Source of the DNA: Promethearchaeota archaeon Loki_b32 | Lineage (GTDB): Archaea; Asgardarchaeota; Lokiarchaeia; Sigyniarchaeales; SOKP01 | Assembly (NCBI GenBank): GCA_005223125.1 | Contig: NJBH01000032.1 | Location: forward strand, 1 to 45,540 | Reading direction: 5' to 3' | DNA: 45,540 bases | Shown: positions 19,301 through 27,933 of the stretch, in pieces | Layout: the number at the start of each line of letters is the position of its first letter | Numbering within the stretch: the first letter of the stretch is position 1 | The notes under the pieces: generated by a model | What the model saw: only the letters and a program-made list of their open reading frames with translations | Told to the model about the DNA's origin: nothing | Databases searched by the model: none | Made by a program: the position numbers and the translations under genes

Positions 19301-19373
19301 ATGTGTTTACTGATGAAACTGAGTTAAAAAAATGAGAACTCAGTTGAGGAAATGGGAGCACCATATAACACAT
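19301..19373 (+). promoter_or_regulatory. Eukaryote-type SECIS element
   Basis: Basal helix ATGTGTT (19301-07)/AACACAT (19367-73). Core ATGA (19313-16) opposite GA (19346-47). Perfect 9-bp helix AACTGAGTT (19317-25)/AACTCAGTT (19337-45) with A-rich apical loop AAAAAAATGAG. Begins 6 nt after the mvhD stop. Confidence 0.9.
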
Positions 19374-19483
19374 AAAAAAAATTTTCAGATGGTTTAATCA
19401 AAATTATTGTAAAATATTTCAAAAAATTTGGGAAATTAAGAAAAAAATAAATAAGTTAAATATAATAATTGAGTTGGAATTAC

Positions 19484-20623
19484 ATGGATGCAATAGATGA
19501 GTATCTGATAAAGATAGAAGATTTTTCAAAGATTTTAGCAGCATTGTTAAAAGAGAAAGTAGTAGATAAAATCATTGGCGCTCAATTGAGGGTTGATAAG
19601 AAATCAGGTAATATTGATAGATTTACTGTTCAACCTAAATTAGCAGAAAAAGAAGAGGATGTAAAAGATTTTCCTTTAACTCCTCTAATTGCATTTGGAT
19701 ATGCAAGAACAGATTCAGCTTCTAAATTTTTACATAAATCTGTCGCAGGTGCGATGAATGAAAAAGTTGGGCTAATTGTACGTCCTTGCGATACAAGAGC
19801 ATTAATAGAACTCGCAAAAATCAAGCAAGTAAATCTCGATAACCTCTTTATAATCGGTATTGAAGATAGAGGTATGATGCCTAAAGCAGGGCGAGAGATG
19901 AGATCGAATAAAGATGTTGATCCAACGAAAATCGTAAAAGAAAAAGTAGGAGATAAGGGTCTTATCGTTAAGATGGAAGACGGAAGCACAAAAGAGCTTA
20001 ATCTTACTGTTGCTGAGAATTGTTTGAGATGTTATCGTAAAATTCCGGTAATCGCTGATTTAACAGTTAGTGATCTTGGTATTCCAATTGATTCAGATGA
20101 GATTATCTTAAAAGTATATTCAGATAAAGGAAGTGAAATTTTAGATAAATCAGGAATCAAGAAAAAAACACTACCGGATAAGGAGAAAAAGGCTCATTCA
20201 ACCAAATTTAATGAAATCATTGAAAAAGCTAAAGAAAAACGAGCAAAGGATTTAGAAGAATGGGAAAAACTTTCACAAGAAGATAAAATTGCGGAATTAC
20301 TTAAGTGTACAGCATGCGGGATCTGCATTCGTGGATGTCCTGTTTGCTATTGTGTAGATTGCATTCTAACAAAGAAAAAGAAAGATAAAAACATTGATAA
20401 TGTAACTTATCATTTAACACGAATAGCTCATGACGCAGATCGTTGTATTGAGTGCGGGAATTGCTCAAATAATTGTCCACAGAATTTGCCACTATCATTA
20501 TATTTTCAATCGTTAAATGAAGCCTTTAAAGAGAAATTCGATTATGAACCGGGTATATCTCTTGAAGACATTCCATTTCGATCTGGAAAAGCAATTTCCC
20601 AGATGGAATTAGAAAAAACATAA
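19484..20623 (+). CDS. FdhB/FrhB-family (F420-binding type) Fe-S flavoprotein subunit
   Basis: RPCDTRALIELAKIKQVNLDNLFIIG, NCLRC..KIP..ADL, CTACGICIRGCPVCYCVDC, CIECGNCSNNCP. I prefer ATG 19484; TTG 19469 is the alternative start. Confidence 0.85.
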   Translation: MDAIDEYLIKIEDFSKILAALLKEKVVDKIIGAQLRVDKKSGNIDRFTVQPKLAEKEEDVKDFPLTPLIAFGYARTDSASKFLHKSVAGAMNEKVGLIVRPCDTRALIELAKIKQVNLDNLFIIGIEDRGMMPKAGREMRSNKDVDPTKIVKEKVGDKGLIVKMEDGSTKELNLTVAENCLRCYRKIPVIADLTVSDLGIPIDSDEIILKVYSDKGSEILDKSGIKKKTLPDKEKKAHSTKFNEIIEKAKEKRAKDLEEWEKLSQEDKIAELLKCTACGICIRGCPVCYCVDCILTKKKKDKNIDNVTYHLTRIAHDADRCIECGNCSNNCPQNLPLSLYFQSLNEAFKEKFDYEPGISLEDIPFRSGKAISQMELEKT

Positions 20624-20746
20624 ACCTAATTTTTTTAAATTCTTTATTTTATTATTTTATTTATTTAGTTATTTTAATTAAAAGTCTCAAGTAAAATTAA
20701 ATAGGAATAATTCAAAAGTTAAATTAAAGAGAAATTCTACAATATT

Positions 20747-22132
20747 TTGAATAAGTCCATGTCGACTAATATTATCGAAAGTAAACCAATTAATAACAAT
20801 ATTTTTTTTGTTATCCCAAGCTGGGGAAATCTTCTCGGATATCCAACTTTAGGTAAATATGCTCATCATAATATATCAAAAATATCTCAAGATCCTGTTA
20901 TCTTCTTGGGAGGAACTGAATGTGCGATTTCAACAGATAAAGGAACGTTGTATTATTTGTTTGGTTTAGGATATTATTATCTTAAGTTTGAACTACAATC
21001 TGGAAGATATATTACCGACAACCGTCAATTAACAGGTTTAATTCTATCTGATTTTGTATATGACCATTTAGCGACATCTAAAAATATAACACTAGAAAAT
21101 GAAAAAGACGTGATTGTTAGTGAAAATTTGTTTAAATTACCAATTGACCTTTCATATAAAACAGAAAGTAAAAAAACATTCATTCAAGGAACTCTTATGC
21201 GGAATTTATTCATACCTTATAAAGATGTTTTTTTGGAATTTATGGAGTCAATTCAGAATCTACAATCTCTCCTTATTGAAAGAAATAAGCATATGTTACT
21301 AAGTACTCACTGGGATTTTTACAATCAGATCTTAATATCTAAGGAAAAAGAATTAAAAACTAATTACTTACAAGCTACAGCGGGTTTAGATAATATTACT
21401 ACCGGAGTAAATATTCTTTTAAATCAACACTTTAATTCTTCTCAATTACAGGAAATAAACAACACTATTAAACATTTTAAAGAGGTTTTTTCTTCAATAG
21501 AATACGATCCAATGTACTTATTTTCTATAATAGAGAATAGTGCCAAATTTTTAAGAGGAGGAACACCGATCCCTTCATTGGAAAAAGAAATCTCAAAAAA
21601 AATGCCTAAAGAATCAATATTGATTTCTGCTGAGTCTGCTATGGAATCTTTTAGAGAGTGGCCTGATATTTTTAGAAGACAATCTAAGGAACAATTGGAA
21701 AAATCTTTTATACCAGAGGAAACCGTTAAATATCAACCTAAAGAATCTATAGGTCTACAAAAGCCAGCAGTAGGGAAATTTAAAAAGAAAGATATAGATT
21801 TTGAACTTAGAACTGTGAAACGTCCATTTGTAGGATTTAAACCTCTCCCAACTATACCTATAGATAATCTATTAGATATTCTCGCTACTTTAAGAAAAGT
21901 AGTTGAAGAAGATTTCGATATTAAGTCGATAGGTAAGACCCTTGAAATTGCTCGAGATAATATTAAAAGAGAAGTTTTACACGCTAATTTTCTTTGGGAT
22001 ATGAGTAAATATTCCAATGATTACCAACGAATAGAACCCAATATTGGATTAGGTTTTAATGAAAAAGAAGATTTATTAAGAGAAATAGATTATTGGATAA
22101 AAATATCTCAGAAACATTATGCCAAATTTTAA
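20747..22132 (+). CDS. Hypothetical protein with C-terminal helical bundle
   Basis: 461-aa ORF with no recognised catalytic motif. Overlaps the profilin start by 14 nt. Start may be ATG 20759. Confidence 0.75.
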   Translation: MNKSMSTNIIESKPINNNIFFVIPSWGNLLGYPTLGKYAHHNISKISQDPVIFLGGTECAISTDKGTLYYLFGLGYYYLKFELQSGRYITDNRQLTGLILSDFVYDHLATSKNITLENEKDVIVSENLFKLPIDLSYKTESKKTFIQGTLMRNLFIPYKDVFLEFMESIQNLQSLLIERNKHMLLSTHWDFYNQILISKEKELKTNYLQATAGLDNITTGVNILLNQHFNSSQLQEINNTIKHFKEVFSSIEYDPMYLFSIIENSAKFLRGGTPIPSLEKEISKKMPKESILISAESAMESFREWPDIFRRQSKEQLEKSFIPEETVKYQPKESIGLQKPAVGKFKKKDIDFELRTVKRPFVGFKPLPTIPIDNLLDILATLRKVVEEDFDIKSIGKTLEIARDNIKREVLHANFLWDMSKYSNDYQRIEPNIGLGFNEKEDLLREIDYWIKISQKHYAKF

Positions 22133-22784
22133 GTCTGTGGTTAAAAAATTTCAAAAACACTATCCTGATGCTTCCGATGTAGCAATTGTCAGCAATAAAG
22201 GAAAAATACTTTATTCTACAAGTAAATGGAACCTTAAAAAAGATATTGATGGTGTTTTAAATAGTTGGATAAATGGTAATGCACAATTTGTTACCTTAGA
22301 TGGAATAAAATATTCTGTTCTTCAAATGGAACCTGAACGTTTCATAGGTACTAATCGTCAAAAGAAGGGGCATTTAATTGGGGCATCAACTCCAGATAAA
22401 AATAATTATATATTTGCTCATATTAAACCAAAAGCAAAAGTTTGGTTTCATATGGCATATCCGGCTTTAGCAAGAGCAGTAGCGATGCTAAAGAAAGGCT
22501 CAGAATCAGAATTTATTAAGTCTAAAGTTGAACTACCAGATGAAACTAAAGAAGAAATTTCGTATGAGAGCTCAACAGGTCAAGCAATAGTGCATCAAGT
22601 TGCTCCAACTTCACCTACTATTGATCCTTATCTAAAAGCGGAAATCGAAGGTTTCTTACAGTGGCTTAATAACCCCCAAGGACTAGCAGGATATATAACC
22701 AGTATTTTACAACAAAATGATCAACACCGAATTTCTAAACTTGCTGAACTTTGTAATGAGCTATATAGCTTGTTTTATGATTAA
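22119..22784 (+). CDS. Asgard (Loki-type) profilin with ~95-aa C-terminal extension
   Basis: VAIVSNKGKILYSTSKWN...LDGIKYSVLQMEPERFIGTNRQKKGHLI matches the Loki profilin pattern (AI...G.I...T..WN...GIKY......ER.IGTN...KGH) as I recall it. Confidence 0.85.
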   Translation: MPNFKSVVKKFQKHYPDASDVAIVSNKGKILYSTSKWNLKKDIDGVLNSWINGNAQFVTLDGIKYSVLQMEPERFIGTNRQKKGHLIGASTPDKNNYIFAHIKPKAKVWFHMAYPALARAVAMLKKGSESEFIKSKVELPDETKEEISYESSTGQAIVHQVAPTSPTIDPYLKAEIEGFLQWLNNPQGLAGYITSILQQNDQHRISKLAELCNELYSLFYD

Positions 22785-22794
22785 CAGAATGTAT

Positions 22795-23532
22795 TTACTC
22801 TTTTAATTTAAAACCGCATTCTTTACAAAAGTTATCCCAATGATCTTGAGCCTTAGCTCCACACTTTGGGCAAAATATTGTCTCTTTCTGCGGTACCTTT
22901 TCAGGATGTTTTGCTTCATATTTTAACTTCATTCTTTCTACTATTCTCGTGGCTACTCTAACTGAATGCGGTTCTTTTTTTTTCCAAGTAATTATTCCAA
23001 AAATAATAATCCCAATAATAATAATGGGTAATAAAACAATGAGAATACCTAAACCAAAATTCTCTGCATGAAATATCATTGCCCTGAAAGTAAAATATAA
23101 TGTCCCATTTCCTAATGTCGAAGAGTTCGCCCATAGACTGTAGCTTCTAATAGACGATGAATTTACATCAATAGTATTTTCAATAGTACCGTTTAAATAA
23201 TCTTTCCATATTGTTGCGTTATTCTGGTCATTTATCCATATTGAACAATTATTTTCAGAGAAGTTAGCTTTTACATATAAACTTTCAATAATTTGCCCTC
23301 CAAAGATATTACCAGGTGGAACAGACTCCTCCGAAATTAGGGTTGGAACACCATATTCTAACTCAACTTCATGGTCATAGTCTAATTGTGCTTGTTGAAT
23401 ATCATTAGATATTAGTGCATGTACGTAGATATCATTCCAGACTAAGAAGATTCCTAAAATTGATAAAATTGCGATAAAAATAGGCAAATTATTTTTAAAA
23501 AATTTCTTCAATTTAGAAAAATATAATCGCAT
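22795..23532 (-). CDS. Membrane protein with two TM helices and C-terminal zinc ribbon
   Basis: N-terminal TM, Asn-rich external domain with NxS/T sequons, second TM, then CPKCG...CKECG. Confidence 0.8.
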   Translation of the reverse strand: MRLYFSKLKKFFKNNLPIFIAILSILGIFLVWNDIYVHALISNDIQQAQLDYDHEVELEYGVPTLISEESVPPGNIFGGQIIESLYVKANFSENNCSIWINDQNNATIWKDYLNGTIENTIDVNSSSIRSYSLWANSSTLGNGTLYFTFRAMIFHAENFGLGILIVLLPIIIIGIIIFGIITWKKKEPHSVRVATRIVERMKLKYEAKHPEKVPQKETIFCPKCGAKAQDHWDNFCKECGFKLKE

Positions 23533-23703
23533 ATTGAGTTTCGCTAACCTTGTTGAATTATTAGAGATAAAGAAAGTCTTATATAAATATATTCTTAATT
23601 CAAGAAAATATCAATTCTAATAAGGTAGCGTTAATTGAAACTTTTATTATCTTATATGAATTATAAATAATTAATTTAAAATTCAAAAGGAATAAGAGAG
23701 AAA

Positions 23704-24474
23704 ATGTCATTACCCTCTAAGAAGGCCATTCAAGTTGATGAGAATACTGTAAGTTATGAATATAAGATGTTGAACCATGTTATGTCGCTCGTTTACCATG
23801 AAGATAAATGTATTGAGTGTGGATTTTGCCATCGTGTTTGTCCTGTTACTGTTTCAATTTATGATGAACCCTTAAAACGAACTGCTATTGGAACCCCTAA
23901 AGAAATGAAAATGGAATCAGATAAAAAAATAGTAGTTGATACTGAAAAATGTGTTTGGTGCGGTAGTTGTACTTGGATTTGTCCCGGTTATACATTAGAG
24001 CTTTTTATTAACGGTGAAAAGAAATTAAATTTAGTAGAAAATGGCTCTTTACCTGAATTTGAGGAAGAAGTACGAACTCTAGACAATGGACAAAAAGTCA
24101 GAAAAGTAGTAGAAGGTTCTATAACTATTACTAGTACGGATAAAGATGCAAAAGTAATAGATGCATTTTGCGACGAGTGTGCCGTTTCTGCAATGGAGAG
24201 AAAAGATAAAGAGATTGAAGTTGATAGGGATAAATGTATTTTATGTTTCAAATGTTCTGAAGCAGCTCAGAATTATGACAACATAAGCGTTGAAATTCAC
24301 CGTGATAGATTTAAGAATATAAAGGGAGATCCGTCTTCTGTATGGGATGGCATCATGTTGCGGGTTCTTGGAAAAGAAGGTAAAATTAAAGGAATTTTAA
24401 GTCGAAGTCAGAATAAACTTGCTGATGCAGTTATTAGATTACTTGGTAGAGAGGAAACAGAAGAAGAAACTTAA
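23704..24474 (+). CDS. 4Fe-4S polyferredoxin-like protein (FwdF-like)
   Basis: CIECGFCHRVCP, CVWCGSCTWICP, partial CDEC and CILCFKC motifs. Confidence 0.8.
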   Translation: MSLPSKKAIQVDENTVSYEYKMLNHVMSLVYHEDKCIECGFCHRVCPVTVSIYDEPLKRTAIGTPKEMKMESDKKIVVDTEKCVWCGSCTWICPGYTLELFINGEKKLNLVENGSLPEFEEEVRTLDNGQKVRKVVEGSITITSTDKDAKVIDAFCDECAVSAMERKDKEIEVDRDKCILCFKCSEAAQNYDNISVEIHRDRFKNIKGDPSSVWDGIMLRVLGKEGKIKGILSRSQNKLADAVIRLLGREETEEET

Positions 24475-24556
24475 TTTTCCTTAGTTTTATATTTATTTTT
24501 TTATTTTAGTGCTTGTTTTTGTTTTAATTGTATCATTAAGAATTAAATGAGAAAAA

Positions 24557-25069
24557 ATGGAAGATTCATTAAAGCATTGGTTAACAGACCATAATATTCA
24601 TTATGTATTACACACTCACCCCGCAGTATTCACAGTACCTGAGGCAAAAATACACTGTGGGCATATCCCAGGAACCCATTGTAAAAATTTATTCTTGAAG
24701 AATAAGAAAACAGAGCAACTATATTTAGTAACCATACCTCATGAAAAGCGTCTGGATCTAAATCAATTCCGTAGAATGATTGGTGCCCCAAAAATTCGCT
24801 TTGCTGAGCCTGAAGTTCTCGCAGAAGTATTAGGTATTACACCTGGTGCAGTTTCTCCGATTGGACTAGTTAATGATACAAGTAACAGAGTTTTTTTCAT
24901 TATAGATGAAATTGTATGGAATGCTGAAGAGGTTTGCTGCCATCCAAACATTAATACCGAAACATTACAAATTCCAAAAGCCGATTTCCATAAATTGATT
25001 AAATCTACTAGAACTACATTAGAAATAAAGAATCTTCCATATTTAGAGCCTGCGAATCATGAAAATTAA
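24557..25069 (+). CDS. YbaK/ProXp-ala (PrdX) aminoacyl-tRNA editing protein
   Basis: HPAVFTV, HCKNLFLK, LGITPGAVSP, CHPNINT. Confidence 0.9.
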   Translation: MEDSLKHWLTDHNIHYVLHTHPAVFTVPEAKIHCGHIPGTHCKNLFLKNKKTEQLYLVTIPHEKRLDLNQFRRMIGAPKIRFAEPEVLAEVLGITPGAVSPIGLVNDTSNRVFFIIDEIVWNAEEVCCHPNINTETLQIPKADFHKLIKSTRTTLEIKNLPYLEPANHEN

Positions 25070-25213
25070 TATAAATTTATTTTTTTTTTCAATTAAAAGT
25101 TTCCTATATCATTCTTAGATGTGGAAAAATATAAAACTATAAAATTAAAAAACTATATACCACATATTTAGTTTGAACAAAACTAAAATTAAAAATATAT
25201 AAAGTGAAAACAA

Positions 25214-26224
25214 ATGGCAAAAAGAGTCGCGATAAATGGTTTCGGGCGTATTGGACGGAACTTCTTTAGAGCCCTGTCTGAAAAGTATCCTAATGATATC
25301 GATGTCGTCTCAATTAATGACTTATTTGAACCAAAATACTTAGCTTATGTCTTAAAATATGATACTGTTTTTGGTAAGTTTAAAGGTACTATAGAGGCTA
25401 GAGAAAAATCCTTAATTATAAATGGAAAGGAAATTCCAATCACTGCAGAACGAGACCCAGCAAACTTGCCGCATGCGGGTAATAATATTGACGTTGCTCT
25501 CGAGTCCACTGGATTCTTTACGAAAAGAGAGGGCGCCGCAAAGCATTTAGAGGCAGGAGCTAAGAAAGTGTTGATTAGTGCACCTGCGGTAAATCCTGAT
25601 TTTACCGTTGTAATAGGTTGTAATGACGATAAATTAACTAACGAGCATAAAATCATTTCCATGGCATCTTGCACAACGAATTGTCTTGGACCAATAGTAA
25701 AAGTATTAATGAACAATTATGGAATTGTTAACGGAATGATGACTACAGTTCATTCATATACAGGCGATCAACGACCGGTTGATACAGCAAGAACAGCAGA
25801 TCCCATAAAAATGATTCGTGGTCGAGCTTGTGCAGCAAACATCGTTCCAACATCCACTGGTGCAGCTAAAGCGATTGGTGTCGTGTTTCCAGAATTAAAC
25901 GGTAAAATGGATGGTATCGCAATGCGTATTCCAACCCCAAACGGGAGCGTTGTTGATTTAAAAGTAAATCTAGGGAAATCTACAACAGTAGAAGATGTTA
26001 ACGCTAAAATGAAAGAAGCTGCATCGGGTTATCTAAAAGGAATTTTAGAATATACCGAGGATGCAATAGTAACTACCGATATTGTAGGCAATCCCGCAAG
26101 TTCTATTTTCTCTAGCTTGTGGACCAAGGTAATCGGTGGTACTTTCTGTGGTGTCGTTAGCTGGTATGATAATGAATGGGGTTATTCCAACCGTTTAGCT
26201 GACTTAATCGTTCAAAATTTATAG
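25214..26224 (+). CDS. gap: Class I glyceraldehyde-3-phosphate dehydrogenase
   Basis: INGFGRIGR, INDL, ESTGFF, ISAP, ASCTTNCL, TTVHSYT, PTSTGAAKA, SWYDNEWGYS. Confidence 0.97.
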   Translation: MAKRVAINGFGRIGRNFFRALSEKYPNDIDVVSINDLFEPKYLAYVLKYDTVFGKFKGTIEAREKSLIINGKEIPITAERDPANLPHAGNNIDVALESTGFFTKREGAAKHLEAGAKKVLISAPAVNPDFTVVIGCNDDKLTNEHKIISMASCTTNCLGPIVKVLMNNYGIVNGMMTTVHSYTGDQRPVDTARTADPIKMIRGRACAANIVPTSTGAAKAIGVVFPELNGKMDGIAMRIPTPNGSVVDLKVNLGKSTTVEDVNAKMKEAASGYLKGILEYTEDAIVTTDIVGNPASSIFSSLWTKVIGGTFCGVVSWYDNEWGYSNRLADLIVQNL

Positions 26225-26266
26225 ATATTAACCTAAATATTATTTATTTTTTTTATTTTTCTTTTA

Positions 26267-26932
26267 CTAAATTAATTCTTTTTTTACAAAATTCAATTGA
26301 TATACAAACCAATTTCCAAATTGTTCATCTAAATCAAAGCCAGCTTCTTCTGCCCATTTTTTTTCAGTTTTCCGTCTAGGATAATCCGGGTCAGGAAGCA
26401 TTTCACTTAATGATATCATCCCATCAGGTTTTAAAACTCTTTTTAATTCTTTGAGAACTCTAATAGGATCAGGGATTTCAGGGAGAGAGGCAATCATTAA
26501 AACGCGATCAACACTCTCATCTTCAAATGAAAGATTATAAGCATCATCAATTTTAAGAATTATATTCGTAATCCCTTCCTTTTCAATTCTTTTTTTTAAC
26601 CGGTTAATTATAGATTGTTGAATATCGATCGCATATACTTTTCCATCTGGTAAAATACTCTTAGCAAGCGCTTTTGTATAACTTCCTTTTCCTGGACCAA
26701 TTTCAATAATTATCATCCCAGGCTTGAGGTGCATCCGTTCTGCAACCGTTTCAGGCTTTTGTATGAATTTCCTTCTAATAGGATTATCAATTAATCGGGT
26801 CATAAAACCAGGAATAGGAAATTTATGATATCTTCGGATAATTCTTAGGATTACAAATAATATAAAGAAGAAAGAGCCTAGAATTATTAGAAATATTAGG
26901 AAAATAATTCTTAAAATGAACCAAAAATCCAT
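26267..26932 (-). CDS. Class I SAM-dependent methyltransferase with N-terminal membrane anchor
   Basis: Hydrophobic N-terminus, EIGPGKG motif I, AID, LSFEDESVD, RVLKPDG. Confidence 0.88.
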   Translation of the reverse strand: MDFWFILRIIFLIFLIILGSFFFILFVILRIIRRYHKFPIPGFMTRLIDNPIRRKFIQKPETVAERMHLKPGMIIIEIGPGKGSYTKALAKSILPDGKVYAIDIQQSIINRLKKRIEKEGITNIILKIDDAYNLSFEDESVDRVLMIASLPEIPDPIRVLKELKRVLKPDGMISLSEMLPDPDYPRRKTEKKWAEEAGFDLDEQFGNWFVYQLNFVKKELI

Positions 26933-27073
26933 AATTAGTTGAGAGTCTCATTATATAAAAAAGTTTAATCTTGTATAAGATTGTACCTGTACTTTTTAAT
27001 TGAGAAAAAGTAAAATTTTTTATTTGTCCCAATAAAATATATTTAATTGAATGGACATTAGAATTATTATAAA

Positions 27074-27493
27074 ATGAAAATTGAAGAAATAAAGAAGGCA
27101 TTCACAGAAATTTTAGCAGAAAGAAACGAGATAATTGCTTCTTATCTTTATGGTTCTGTATTATACAGTGATTTTTATGAAGATATCGATGTTGGATTAT
27201 TAATTAGCGATAGTTTTAAACCTAAGCTTATGTATGAAGCAAAAGTAGCAGGTAAATTAGAAAAAAAACTTAGAAATAATTTTGGAGAGATTAAACCAGT
27301 AGATGTTAGAATTTTAAATGATAAACCTTTAAGATTTCTTTTTTCAATGCTTAAAAATTCTAAAATTATTTACTCGAGTGATGAGATTAAAAGAGTTCAA
27401 TTTGAAGCAAAAATTATGAAAGAATATTTAGATATTAAGCCACATTTCGAAATTTACGATAAGATGAGAGAGTTGAGATATGCAAATAGATAA
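27074..27493 (+). CDS. mntA: Minimal nucleotidyltransferase antitoxin (MntA-like)
   Basis: YLYGS...DIDVG, VDVRILN, and C-terminal EYLD motifs. Overlaps the HEPN gene. Confidence 0.85.
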   Translation: MKIEEIKKAFTEILAERNEIIASYLYGSVLYSDFYEDIDVGLLISDSFKPKLMYEAKVAGKLEKKLRNNFGEIKPVDVRILNDKPLRFLFSMLKNSKIIYSSDEIKRVQFEAKIMKEYLDIKPHFEIYDKMRELRYANR

Positions 27494-27902
27494 GGAATTA
27501 ATTCATGGTAAAATAGATATCATTGAACGAAATATAACCTTTTTAAGAGAATATAAAGAAAAAAGAGAGGATGAAGTTCTAAGTAGCTATAAAGACATTC
27601 AAGCTATTAAATATTCTCTATTTGAAATAGTTGAAGCTTGTATTGATATTGCTTCACATATAATTTCTGCTAAAGGGTTTCAAAGAGCAGAAAGTTATGC
27701 TGAAATGTTTGAGATTCTTGGAAAAAAGGGAATTATAAAAACTCAATTATGTAAAGAATTATCCAATATGGCAAGATTCAGAAATGTTCTTGTCCATGGA
27801 TATGCTAAAATTGATAATTCTAAAGTTCTTGTTTTTACAAAAGAAAAACTAATTGATGTAGAAAATTTTATTAAAGCAATAATAGATTTAATAAAAGAAT
27901 AA
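27480..27902 (+). CDS. hepT: HEPN (DUF86/HepT-like) RNase toxin
   Basis: EACIDIASHII and RNVLVHGY (RX4H followed by Tyr). Confidence 0.9.
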   Translation: MQIDKELIHGKIDIIERNITFLREYKEKREDEVLSSYKDIQAIKYSLFEIVEACIDIASHIISAKGFQRAESYAEMFEILGKKGIIKTQLCKELSNMARFRNVLVHGYAKIDNSKVLVFTKEKLIDVENFIKAIIDLIKE

Positions 27903-27933
27903 TACTTTTAAAGTTCTTTAAATAAAATAATCC

